Positions 19,001 through 27,524 of a stretch of 64,000 bases of DNA are shown piece by piece (position 1 is the stretch's first letter; the number at the start of each line of letters is the position of its first letter). A program made the position numbers and the translations under genes. The notes under the pieces are model-generated. The model ran no database searches. It was given only the letters and a program-made list of their open reading frames with translations, and was not told the DNA's origin. The stretch covers positions 192,001 through 256,000 of the forward strand of contig JBGARZ010000005.1 in NCBI GenBank assembly GCA_044229975.1, in the 5' to 3' direction. The DNA is from Polyangiales bacterium. GTDB lineage: Bacteria > Myxococcota_A > Polyangia > Polyangiales > Ga0077539.

Positions 19001-20876
19001 AGCGCCCGTCGGGGCCGCCGCTGGCCGTCGCGTCCTTCGGGATGACGGTGAGCCCGCACAAGAGCGCGCAGCGCAGCGCCGCCACGCCCGACGGAGCCAC
19101 GCCCGCACCGAAGCCTTCGCCCCACCGCCGCATCGCGTCCGCGACGTCGAGCCCCGGCACCCCGTCGCGCGGATGAAACCTCCGCAGCCACTCCCCCACC
19201 ACGCCCTGCGCGAGCGCCTCTTCGAGCACCAGCGGACCACGCCGCCACGCCAGCACCAGGTCACCCGGCGAGTCGACGGAGACTCCCGCGCCCGCACCCC
19301 GACCGAGCACCAGACCCGTCGCGCCGAGCGACCACAACAGCCGCGCGAGCGCCCCGTCGTCCGCCACCGTGGGTGGCGCGTCGAGCTCCAGGCCCGGTGC
19401 CGAGACCGCGAGCCACGCGTGCAGCTCACCACGCACGTGAGCGTCGCGCAGCGCTCCCCATGCTGCCGCCACGCGAGGCGTCGCGCGCAGGTCACCGATG
19501 CCCTCGAAGCGCACCGCGCGGGTCGCGGCGCCCACCTCGACGAAGACCCGCAAGGGAGCGCGCGGGGTGCGACGGTAGACGCCGCGCCAGAAGCTCCCCT
19601 CGTCGGCGTCGGAGCGACGGGGCGCGGTGAGGTCTTCGGCCCAGGCGGCGTCGCGCTTCGCGCGCGGGAGGGCGTCCATCCAGGCGAGGAGGGTTCCGTC
19701 GCGCCAGCGGTCGAGCGCCTCGGCGCGAGCCTCGGGGCGACGCAGCACCTCGCGCGCGAGCGACGTCGGGTCGGCCACGGGCTTCGACGCCACCCGCAGC
19801 GGCTCTCCCAGCGACCACGACAGCCGCAGCGACGCGTGCGCCTCGTCCCGCGCGACGGCCTCACACGCTGCGGCGACGGCGCCGTGACCGCCGCGACGAA
19901 ACCACGCCGCGAGCGCGTGGCCCTGCGAGCGAACCCGCGATGGGTCGAGCCGGCCGGCGCGCAGGTGCGTTCGGAGAACCTCCGGCGAGGTGACGAGCAG
20001 ACCCTCCACGGCGACGCCTTCGCGACCGATGGCCCAGGCGAGCGTCCAGGCGCCGATGACGGCCGCGTCGGAGTCGGCGCCGCGGGCGACGGCCTCCGAG
20101 GCGACCGCGACCGCGACGAGGGATGGCTCGGCGCGGTTGGCCCGCAGCCACGCCGAGAGGGCGCCCTCGCGCAGCGCGACGACCGCGTGGGCGATGTGCG
20201 CGGTGATGGCCTCGGCGGCGGCGTCGAGGGAGCGCGGTGATCCGGGGAGCGCGTCGCAGGGCGACCACGCCGGCAGTACGTCGCTGTGTAAAGCGACCCC
20301 GAGGCGGGCGGCGACGGCGCGGGCGCGCTCGACGGTCAGACCGCGGCGGGTGGCCTCGGCGTCGAGGCGGGCGATCTCGGCGGGGTGCAACGCGCGGGCG
20401 TCGCCGGCCTCGCGCGTGATGAGCGCTTCGAGGGCGCGCTCGTGCCAGGTGACGAGCTCGGCGTAGGCGTGGGTGGCGAGGTCACCGTGGCCCTGGAGGG
20501 CGGTGAGACGGCGGGCGAGCGCGGAGCCGGCGACCTCGGCGCGGGCGCGCCACTCGGCGCCGCGGCGGGTGACCTGATTGAGCACGGCGCGGACGAAGGC
20601 GAGGCGCTCGGCGAGGGCGGCGGCGGTGGGCGGGCGAGCGGCGAGGTCGGGCTCGGCGGGGTGGAGCGCGTCGAGCAGCGGGCGGTCGTCTTCGGCGAGG
20701 GCGGTGACGGTGCGGAGGTCGTCGTCGCTGACGACGCGCACGGCGCGGGCGAGCGGCGCGCGGGCGACCTCTTCGACTTCGAGGAAGGCCTCGTCGACGG
20801 AGGCTTCGGGGAGGTGCGGGGTCGGGTCGGCGGGGCCGTCGCTCTCCAGTTCGAGGAAGGCTTCGTCGTCACTCAT
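16080..20876 (-). CDS. 1598-aa protein: helical repeats, coiled coil, SSUH2-like domain with 8 CxxC DnaJ-type Zn finger, TPR-like helices, C-terminal TM
   Basis: Recurring G-x-L-xx-W-L helices; an EAAR/ERAA-rich stretch; CPRC, CPSC, CSRC, CGRC, CQQC, CGGC, CRAC, CPTC; tail VAVVVAVVALVLLAA. Confidence 0.8.
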   Translation of the reverse strand: MSDDEAFLELESDGPADPTPHLPEASVDEAFLEVEEVARAPLARAVRVVSDDDLRTVTALAEDDRPLLDALHPAEPDLAARPPTAAALAERLAFVRAVLNQVTRRGAEWRARAEVAGSALARRLTALQGHGDLATHAYAELVTWHERALEALITREAGDARALHPAEIARLDAEATRRGLTVERARAVAARLGVALHSDVLPAWSPCDALPGSPRSLDAAAEAITAHIAHAVVALREGALSAWLRANRAEPSLVAVAVASEAVARGADSDAAVIGAWTLAWAIGREGVAVEGLLVTSPEVLRTHLRAGRLDPSRVRSQGHALAAWFRRGGHGAVAAACEAVARDEAHASLRLSWSLGEPLRVASKPVADPTSLAREVLRRPEARAEALDRWRDGTLLAWMDALPRAKRDAAWAEDLTAPRRSDADEGSFWRGVYRRTPRAPLRVFVEVGAATRAVRFEGIGDLRATPRVAAAWGALRDAHVRGELHAWLAVSAPGLELDAPPTVADDGALARLLWSLGATGLVLGRGAGAGVSVDSPGDLVLAWRRGPLVLEEALAQGVVGEWLRRFHPRDGVPGLDVADAMRRWGEGFGAGVAPSGVAALRCALLCGLTVIPKDATASGGPDGRSLVGFVGIDAEHNDPAVWSELLDAPGDPLAQGTALLWAARHASSLGVLAAAGESVAREAVREALLATGRPVPSAPLAETLAEESARAERRARQRAMVEEGERIAAKREAARSQLAQEASRVESEREAARTQAARDALRREVDREIARIKSERDAARRTHEQALAQMQAERALAEAEHARALAELSLSTERTTSEATPIVDASELEARWRAAARKAAEEETQGALARSEAELREAALRAAERAAAAEVQRAAERAAAEIARRERARIDLTATLDELMAREESLRADALRTADEAARLALSLAEGETQRAEAERASEEAARLAAEARDARVAAEWSAAQARAEAEIDALSRAERERREEARRVGLEGSSSKAPAADEPAVDEGFTEDPTAEGTDDGIGEELLSLDRHEVAYDRLAVAYEGVDDVALAVLRDAVNGWSRARRGHPLAELGAAMVVDAVTMVPAFEAHVATRLETRTVERRVVGEGEDTDAVAVGAEALGEGDDAVDPWLLELGAVDTWDRLSTDAPLALAPRRGPCPRCVDGPRAGHLRCPSCDAVGTLVCSRCSGYGRARCGRCGGNGEVLAPGGGSRRCQQCEGRGDVSCGGCTLGRVACRACEGAGQTPCPTCAATGEAETRPWVLQSVLGVRARAAVTVGLPDALVAEVGVSGSEATAVVHVEADAIDPAALARELPHDHLGAALADLLTAETARAAPGQRVTRQQVVVWRYPAWRLQVRVADQAYVLWVHGARRQVWAERSPLDVATDAAVEAVRSLIATDSLDAAIDRLVALAAEDPGHAGARDAATALGGAVLAMAERGELYEAQRLAERGVAVRWPDAVARLVQAERVAGRRLNKRASWALAEDARTALQRGLDGRAIDLLKELYAAAPDDADGTTLADELGRRFEAQAVALLARGAEGDVALLLARAEGAGFPGVRAAMTGSAAALKRARNLARWRTVAVVVAVVALVLLAARVALR

Positions 20877-21015
20877 CGGGGTCGTCGCGGCGCCGGAGGC
20901 TGTGACCGCGCGACATCATGGGCCGGTGGGCCGCGCCGATGCCAGAAAGGTGCGGCTGCGAAGACCTTCTCGAGGAGCCGTCGCGCCCGTCACCCCGCAA
21001 GAGGTTCGGTGCCTC

Positions 21016-21888
21016 CTATGGGTTGACGAAGGCCGCGCGCCCTTCGAACAACACCGCGCCCGAGAACAGGCGGCAGTTGCCGTCGGTGTCGGGGTCCATG
21101 TCCGTGATACCGTTGATGAGCCGCGAGAAGAGCGAGCGCTGCGAGTCGGGGATGCCCAGCGTCTGCACGACGGCGCTGAGCTCCGAGGCGGGGATGCCGC
21201 CGCCGATCATGCCCTCGAAGGTGTCGTCCTCCCGCCACCGGAGGCGGATGCGCGCGTTGCGGAAGTTGATGATGAAGCGCGCGTCGAGCACCGCGATGGG
21301 GATCGCGACGGTGAAGCCCGACGCCTCGACGACGCCGTCCCTCATGCGACCGACCACCGTGCTCACGGGCTGATCGCGGGCCACGGAGAAGGTCTGCCCG
21401 GGGTCGATGCGCTGGTCGCTCCCCACGTAGGGGATGCCCGTGAGCTGGCGAAACACCAGCCGCACGCAGGGGTCGTTGCGGCGGTCGTCGAGGTCTTCGA
21501 TGGACATGCCGAGCATGAGCTGCCCGCTGTTGATGGCGGCCTGGATCGCGGCGTCGAGCGCCCCCGCGGTCTGCGTCTCCAGCACCGGAACGAGCAGCGA
21601 GAGCTGGTTGTCGACGCCGGTCGTTCCGTCGGGGCTGGTGAAGTCCGTGCGGCGGCAGGACGAGGCGTCCTCGTTCGTGCTCACCCGCCCGTCGAGGTTG
21701 AAGCCGTCGGTGACGCCCGGCCGCGACGCCTTGATGAAGAGCAGGCGGGACACGACCAGCGACTGCTCCATGCGCGTCGCCCCACACTGCGCCGGAACCG
21801 GCCCCGCGAAGGGATCGCTCGGCGCCTCGCCGCCGCAGCCGAGCGCCATCAGGAGCAGCGATCCGAGACCCCAGTTGCTTCGTCGCAT
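21016..21888 (-). CDS. Hypothetical myxobacterial-type lipoprotein
   Basis: MRRSNWGLGSLLLMALGC lipobox; GFNLDG..C...DF....GTTGVDNQL motif. Confidence 0.75.
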   Translation of the reverse strand: MRRSNWGLGSLLLMALGCGGEAPSDPFAGPVPAQCGATRMEQSLVVSRLLFIKASRPGVTDGFNLDGRVSTNEDASSCRRTDFTSPDGTTGVDNQLSLLVPVLETQTAGALDAAIQAAINSGQLMLGMSIEDLDDRRNDPCVRLVFRQLTGIPYVGSDQRIDPGQTFSVARDQPVSTVVGRMRDGVVEASGFTVAIPIAVLDARFIINFRNARIRLRWREDDTFEGMIGGGIPASELSAVVQTLGIPDSQRSLFSRLINGITDMDPDTDGNCRLFSGAVLFEGRAAFVNP

Positions 21889-21952
21889 CGGCCGCACCTC
21901 TCCGAGCGCACCCGACGCTCGCAGGCACCGATGGTACACAGGTCGCGCCCCA

Positions 21953-23614
21953 ATGGCGTTCTACGGCATCGACCTCGGCACCACCTACGCGTCCGTCGCG
22001 CTCGCGCACCGCGGCGTCGCGCGGATGATCCCGCTGGAGTCCGGCGGCGTCACGCTCGCCACCACGGTGCTCCTCGACGGCTCCGACCCCGACCGCCCCG
22101 CGGTGACCGTCGGCCGTCGCGCCGCCCTCGCCTGGCGCGACCGCTGCGCCGTCCTCGGGTGCGCCCCGCCCCGCGTCGCCCTCGTGCGCGGCAGCAAGAA
22201 CCACCTCGCCGTCGCCCACGCCGTCGCAGGCGGTCCGCCGTGGCCGCTCGGCCCGATGAACCTCCACGCCACCGACGTCGGCGCCCTCGTGCTGCGCGCG
22301 CTCCGCGTCTGCATCGACCGCACGCCCGGCCTTCCACCCGTCGACGGCGTGGTCGTCACGCACCCGCAGCGCCTCCGCAACCGCGAGCGCCGCGCCGTCG
22401 CGCAGGCCGTCTCCCTCGCCGGGCTCTCCTCCGTCGCGATGCTCCCCGAGCCCGACGCGGCCGCGTGGGCCTATGGCATGGGCGAGCGCTTCGGTTCGCG
22501 CAGCGCGCGCTTCATGGTCTTCGACTTCGGCGGCGGAACCCTCGACGTCACCCTCCTCCACCGCAACGCCACCACCGCCACGCCGACGCTCGAAGCGCTC
22601 GCTTCGTACGGGGTTCAGCTCGGAGGACTCGGCGTCGACGAGCTCCTGCGCGAGCGCCTGCTCGACCGCTACGCCGAGGCCGCGCGCGTCCCCGATCTGG
22701 GCATGGGTGACCTCGACGAAGCCTCGCGCGAGGCCCTGCTCGCCGTCGCCGAGGGCGTGAAGATACAGCTCAACCAGCACGCCTCGCTCGACGCCAACCC
22801 GATGGCGCGCGTCGCGTCGCGGACGTTTGCGCTGCGCACCGAGTCGGGCGTCTCGCTCCCTCCGACGGCAGTGCGCGTGACGCTGGCCGAGCTCTCTCGC
22901 TGGATGGAGGAGCACACCGAGCGGGCCGTCGCGTGTGCCGAGGAGGCGCTCGCCCGCGCGTCGCTGCGTTGGGGCGACCTCGACGAGGTGCTGCTGGTCG
23001 GCGGGTCGAGCTGGCTCTACCCGGTGCAGGCACGGCTGCGGGCGCTGCGGGGTAGCGCGCCGGTGCGGCTCTTCGACGACGCGGACGACCCGCTCAACCC
23101 GGCGTGTGCCGTCGCGGCGGGCGCGGCGCTCTACGCCGAGCGGTGCTTCGTCGACGGCGGGACGGCGGCGGACGACTACCACGGAGTGATTCCCGATGCG
23201 CTCGGGGTGCGGGCACGCGAGGCCGATCCGACGCGACCGGGCGAGCGGCGCGAGGCGCTGGCGGTGTTGGTTCCGGCGCTGACGAAGGTGCCCTTCGAGG
23301 GGCGACGGGTGTTTCGCAAGCGCGGGGGCGCGCGGGTGCTGCCGGTGGACGTGCTGGAGGGCGCCACGTTGGCCGAGGCGACGCCGCTGGGACGCTTCAT
23401 GGTCGACCTCGCGGACGATCTGCCGGACGGGTCTCCGGTGGAGGTGATTCTGCGCGTGGGCCGCGACGGCGTGCTCTCGGTCGAGCTGAAGGACCCGCAG
23501 ACGCAGCGCTCGCGGGCGCTGACGTTGAGCGACGCGGAGGGCCTCTACGCCGACGACGAGATGGACGCGCGGCGGGCGTTTCTGGCCAACGTCGCCCTCG
23601 ACGCGGGGGTGTAG
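21953..23614 (+). CDS. Atypical Hsp70 (DnaK-like) family protein
   Basis: YGIDLGTT, EPDAAAWAYG, VFDFGGGTLDVT, LGGLGVDELL, KIQL, VLLVGGSS, AVAAGAA, followed by a short SBD-like region (553 aa). Confidence 0.88.
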   Translation: MAFYGIDLGTTYASVALAHRGVARMIPLESGGVTLATTVLLDGSDPDRPAVTVGRRAALAWRDRCAVLGCAPPRVALVRGSKNHLAVAHAVAGGPPWPLGPMNLHATDVGALVLRALRVCIDRTPGLPPVDGVVVTHPQRLRNRERRAVAQAVSLAGLSSVAMLPEPDAAAWAYGMGERFGSRSARFMVFDFGGGTLDVTLLHRNATTATPTLEALASYGVQLGGLGVDELLRERLLDRYAEAARVPDLGMGDLDEASREALLAVAEGVKIQLNQHASLDANPMARVASRTFALRTESGVSLPPTAVRVTLAELSRWMEEHTERAVACAEEALARASLRWGDLDEVLLVGGSSWLYPVQARLRALRGSAPVRLFDDADDPLNPACAVAAGAALYAERCFVDGGTAADDYHGVIPDALGVRAREADPTRPGERREALAVLVPALTKVPFEGRRVFRKRGGARVLPVDVLEGATLAEATPLGRFMVDLADDLPDGSPVEVILRVGRDGVLSVELKDPQTQRSRALTLSDAEGLYADDEMDARRAFLANVALDAGV

Positions 23615-23750
23615 CGATCGGGGTCGAGCGCCGAAGGGGACCCCGCGTTCGTGAAGCGCATGCGCCGGGGCGTGTCGGAAAGCCGGCGCAGCCCGCGGGC
23701 CGTCGGATGCGGGCGCACCTCGGCGGTCTGTTGGTCTAACCTCCGGGCCC

Positions 23751-25337
23751 ATGAAGTGTCCGGGGTGTGGGAACGAGACGGCCTCGACGGTCATGCTCTG
23801 TCTCGCGTGCGGGTGGCGGGCGCCCGACCTCGACGACTCCGTGGGGGCACCACCGCCTCCGACTGAGGATTCGCCGATGGCGATGCAGGGAAAGCTCCTC
23901 GCCGCGTCTGGGATGATCGTTGTCCTCACGGGCTTCGTCGCGCTGCTCGCCCTCGAAGGCAGTGGTCGCGGCGTCTGCGCCATCGCGCTGGTTGGCGGGC
24001 TCATCTTGATCGTCGTCGGCCTCGTCCGTCGGAGGCGTGGGTTGCGCGAGCCACCGACCCGCGCTCCGTTCGGCGGCTCTGCCCCGGCCGAGGGCGCGCT
24101 CGACCTCGCGACACACCGTGGGGCGGACGTGCTTGGCAGGACCCTGGTGCTGCGAGGGGCGATCTACCGGGTCGAGACCCTGTCGAGGACTGCGGCCGGA
24201 CAGGTGACCCTCGTCCTGGTCAACGAGCGGACGGCCCTCGCGGTCCACCGCGTGCGCTTCTTCCCCGACGGCGAGGCGGGGGCGCCGGAGGCGGACGCCT
24301 GGACGATCCCGGTGCCCGGCGGGTGCGCGGCCCTGACCCTGAACGAAGGTCCCTTCGAGGCGGACGCCCCGTGGACCGACGTGATCCGTCAGGCCGCCCG
24401 CGCCCGCGGCGACGGAGACCTGGCCCGCGGGGAGGCGCTGATCCGCAAGGTCATCGCGATGCACCCCACCCACGTGCTCGCGCTCAACCACCTCGCGGGC
24501 ACGCTGGTCATCCAGAGGAAGGATGCGCAGGCGCTCCCTATCGCGATGACCGTCGTCGAGCTCGAACCGAACCATCCTGGCTTCGCGATGAACCTCATCC
24601 GGTTGTTGACGGCGTTCTCGCTCCGCTCAGCGCTCGACCTCTACCGCACCAGCGCCCGCTGCTTCCCTCCGACGGAGGAGTCCGACGAGCTCGGGGTGGG
24701 GCTCATGCTGGAGCTCGGTGAGGTGCAGGACGCCCTGGCGATCCTCGAAGCGCGTCCCTCTCCCTCCCTGGCGAAGCTCCGCCCGAAGGCGCTGGCGGGG
24801 CGGTCGGCGCAAGAGCGCGCGGCGCCCCTCATCGACGAGGCGATTCACCTCCTCGACGAGGGGGTGACCGACGGAGTCCTCGACCTGTTCGAGCGCGCCC
24901 ACGAGGCGCACCCGCAAGACCCGTACGCTCTCGTCAACTTCAGCCTCGCGCTTGCCCGCGCGGGCCGACACGCCGAAGCGGCGGAGGGGCTCCTCCTGGC
25001 GAGGGCCCGCGCCCCCGTCCCGCTCGACCGGCTCTGCGTCGTGAACGCGGCCTTCGCGCTCGCCGACGGCGGCGATGCGCAGGGGGCGGCGGACCTGCTC
25101 GACCGCGGCTTCCACAACGTCAACGAGCCGACGGACAGCCCCAGCGAGCTGATGGCAGACCTGCCTTCCCTCGCGGTCTTCGTGTTCGCGCCGGGCGGCT
25201 CGAAGGAGACCCTGCCGGGCGTAGCCCTGGAGCGCCTCGAACGCCTCGCCGACGCCCTCCAGTCCGCGACGCCCGCGAGCGTTCGGACCCTCATCGAGTG
25301 CTACCGAAACGCGGCCCTGCGACCGACGTCCAACTGA
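23751..25337 (+). CDS. Zn-ribbon + 2 TM + TPR-repeat protein
   Basis: MKCPGCG..CLACG; two hydrophobic helices; TPR-like HPTHVLALNHLA, LEPNHP and PQDPYALVNFSLALARAGR. Confidence 0.75.
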   Translation: MKCPGCGNETASTVMLCLACGWRAPDLDDSVGAPPPPTEDSPMAMQGKLLAASGMIVVLTGFVALLALEGSGRGVCAIALVGGLILIVVGLVRRRRGLREPPTRAPFGGSAPAEGALDLATHRGADVLGRTLVLRGAIYRVETLSRTAAGQVTLVLVNERTALAVHRVRFFPDGEAGAPEADAWTIPVPGGCAALTLNEGPFEADAPWTDVIRQAARARGDGDLARGEALIRKVIAMHPTHVLALNHLAGTLVIQRKDAQALPIAMTVVELEPNHPGFAMNLIRLLTAFSLRSALDLYRTSARCFPPTEESDELGVGLMLELGEVQDALAILEARPSPSLAKLRPKALAGRSAQERAAPLIDEAIHLLDEGVTDGVLDLFERAHEAHPQDPYALVNFSLALARAGRHAEAAEGLLLARARAPVPLDRLCVVNAAFALADGGDAQGAADLLDRGFHNVNEPTDSPSELMADLPSLAVFVFAPGGSKETLPGVALERLERLADALQSATPASVRTLIECYRNAALRPTSN

Positions 25338-25487
25338 ACCCTGGCGGCGGACCGCGACCGACGGCCGCGCGCGACGACCCGGCGTCAGCGGAGCCTTTGA
25401 GGATGCTCCGTCGGTCCCCCGATGAGTCCCTCGCGTTGGACGCGTCGCCGACGCCGTGTTGGGATGGTCGCAGCCCAGGAGCGCGCG

Positions 25488-26129
25488 ATGAACCGCGTGA
25501 AGTTCTTCACCAGCATTCCCCCGATGCCCCAGGACCAGCGGCGGCTGATCCAGTGGGCGTACTTTCTCGCGAAGAAGGCCCACGACGGCCACACCCGAGA
25601 CACGGGCGAGCGCTACTTCGAGCACCTGCGCGCCGTGGCGATGCTGCTGATCGAACACGGGTACGCGGAAGCGGAGTACGTCGTGCTCGCGGTGCTGCAC
25701 GACAGCCTCGAAGACACGACCGTCCCGCTGTCGATGCTGGAGCAGCTCTTCGGGCCTCGCACGGCGCGCGAGATCCTGAGCCTGTCGAAGGTGTACGGCC
25801 TCGAAGACCCGCTCACGGGCTTCGTCGAGCTGTCCAAGAAGCGCGCGAACCAGGACTACTTCGACGGCATTCGCGCGGCAGGCAGGCGCCCGATGATCGT
25901 CAAGTGCGCCGACCGCATCCACAACCTCTCGGACCTCGTCGCGCCCCCACCAGGCTCGCGCTGGACGCCCGAGAAGCGGCTCGCGCAGGTGGCCGAGACG
26001 CGCGAGTGGATCCTTCCCCTGGCAGAGGCGTGTGAGCCTCGCTTCGCGGCGCAGCTCCGCCACCTCTGCGAGATGATCGAGACGGCGGTCGCGGCGACCA
26101 CCGCTGCTGCGATCGAATCGCCAGGCTGA
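25488..26129 (+). CDS. HD-domain small alarmone hydrolase (RelA/SpoT HD, Mesh1-like)
   Basis: AYFLAKKAHDGHTRDTGERYFEH, AVLHDSLEDT, FG, VKCADRIHNL, ETR...LPLA. No synthetase domain. Confidence 0.85.
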   Translation: MNRVKFFTSIPPMPQDQRRLIQWAYFLAKKAHDGHTRDTGERYFEHLRAVAMLLIEHGYAEAEYVVLAVLHDSLEDTTVPLSMLEQLFGPRTAREILSLSKVYGLEDPLTGFVELSKKRANQDYFDGIRAAGRRPMIVKCADRIHNLSDLVAPPPGSRWTPEKRLAQVAETREWILPLAEACEPRFAAQLRHLCEMIETAVAATTAAAIESPG

Positions 26130-26225
26130 GGCTCCTGCGAGAGCTCGGCGTGATCGCCGAGGAGGCCAGTGCTCGCGACCGGATGCGTTCGCCCGTTTCG
26201 TGGATGGCCGCGGCGATCGCCGTGA

Positions 26226-26564
26226 TCAGTTGGTGAGCGTCGCGGCGTCGGGCTGGACGTAGCGCACCGCCACGGGCCCCGCGTCGGTCTCGACCATCTG
26301 GTGGGTCACCAGCGGCGCGCGGCGGGCCTCGGTCCAGAGCGCAGCGTCGGCCTCGCGGTTGGCGATGATGGGGCCGAGCGCGAGGTGCGCCGCGATGGAC
26401 GACGCGAGCCGCATGCGAACGCCAGAAGCGCTGCTGGCGGAGACGCCGAGGTTGAGGTCGAGGCAGTGCGCGCTCCAGCGGCGGCTGCGACCCGGCTCGG
26501 TGACGGGGGGACGGAGGATGACGGTGAAGGTCACCATCGGCGAGAGATCCATCGGTCGGTTCAT
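26226..26564 (-). CDS. Small protein, HicB-like (start uncertain: 26564, 26552 or 26537)
   Basis: FTVILR..WSAHCLDLNLGVSASSASGVRMRLASSIAAHL resembles the HicB N-terminal partial RNase H fold. Confidence 0.5.
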   Translation of the reverse strand: MNRPMDLSPMVTFTVILRPPVTEPGRSRRWSAHCLDLNLGVSASSASGVRMRLASSIAAHLALGPIIANREADAALWTEARRAPLVTHQMVETDAGPVAVRYVQPDAATLTN

Positions 26565-26623
26565 CAGCGGGGACGCGGCGTCTATCACGCGCTGCGTCGC
26601 GATCTCAAGAGGAGACGCGCGCC

Positions 26624-26794
26624 GTGTTGAAGGGCCGCAAGGGCGCGAGGATCGCAAGGGGCTGTTGTTCGGGACTGACGGGGGAAGGAGAACGCAAGGT
26701 TCGTGACGCGCGTGGCTCGCAAGAACTCTCGGCTCATCTGCGCTCTCGTGCGGCAGCCCCCTGCGACCCTCGCGCCCTTGCGGCTCCTCAGCAC
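26624..26794. repeat. REP/MITE-like element with 41-bp imperfect inverted repeats
   Basis: 26624-26664 reads GTGTTGAAGGGCCGCAAGGGCGCGAGGATCGCAAGGGGCTG. The reverse complement of 26754-26794 reads GTGCTGAGGAGCCGCAAGGGCGCGAGGGTCGCAGGGGGCTG. Confidence 0.8.
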
Positions 26795-26821
26795 TCCGCA
26801 CCGCCGACGCCGCGCGTCCGC

Positions 26822-27505
26822 TTACCCCAGGTGGATCTTCTCCCCCTTCACCTTCACGTCCTGCTCGGCCTTGATGACCGTGCGCCCGCTCATCAGATGC
26901 ATCGCCGCCCGCGCCACCACGCGCACCCGCCCCGCGCGCGTCTGCGCCAGCTCCTCGACCTCGCGGTAGACGTTCTTCGCGCGCTCGACCACGCGCGTCG
27001 CCTCGACTTCCACCACGCCGGCCACCTGCCGCACGCTCTCGGCCACCGTCGTCAGCGAGCGCACCACCAGCCGCGCCTCCCCCGCCCCCAGCTCGGCCCG
27101 CGGCGCCTTCGCGTCGATGCCCGCCGCGCCGACGATGACCTCGCTCTCGCCCGAGCGCACCACCACGCCGTCGCGCGCCACGATGGTCACCCGGCCGCCC
27201 GGCGCCTCCAGCGAGAGGTCGCCCTCCTCCACGCGCACCACGCGCTCTTCGGCGACGACCCGCAGCGCCCGCAGCACCGCCACCACGCACCAGCTCTCGT
27301 CGCGCATCGGCAGCGCCACCACGGCGTCGCCCGCGCGCAGCGTGCCCGCCCACGGCAGCGACACCTGCGCCGTCACCGCCTCGCCGCCCGCCTCCAACGT
27401 CAACCGCACCGCCCCGTCGGGCAGCGCCTCGGCCACCGTCGCGCGCTCACCGAAGGCAGCGCGCTCATCGGACACCGTCGGTCGCGCTTCAATGGACTTC
27501 TTCAT
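26822..27505 (-). CDS. DUF3540 family T6SS-tip-associated protein
   Basis: ERAKNVYREVEELAQTRAGRVR..G..VIKAEQDVKVKGEKIHLG C-terminus; SD GGGAGAG; sits in a VgrG locus. Confidence 0.82.
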   Translation of the reverse strand: MKKSIEARPTVSDERAAFGERATVAEALPDGAVRLTLEAGGEAVTAQVSLPWAGTLRAGDAVVALPMRDESWCVVAVLRALRVVAEERVVRVEEGDLSLEAPGGRVTIVARDGVVVRSGESEVIVGAAGIDAKAPRAELGAGEARLVVRSLTTVAESVRQVAGVVEVEATRVVERAKNVYREVEELAQTRAGRVRVVARAAMHLMSGRTVIKAEQDVKVKGEKIHLG

Positions 27506-27524
27506 CGGACACTCTCCCGACATC

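Noticed and set aside
21434..21952. N-terminal extension of the Hsp70 ORF, and similar extensions on prs, the CoA-transferase, DUF4150 and the 36449 kinase ORF
   Set aside because: The extensions overlap neighbouring genes and precede the family's normal N-terminal motif, so starts were trimmed.
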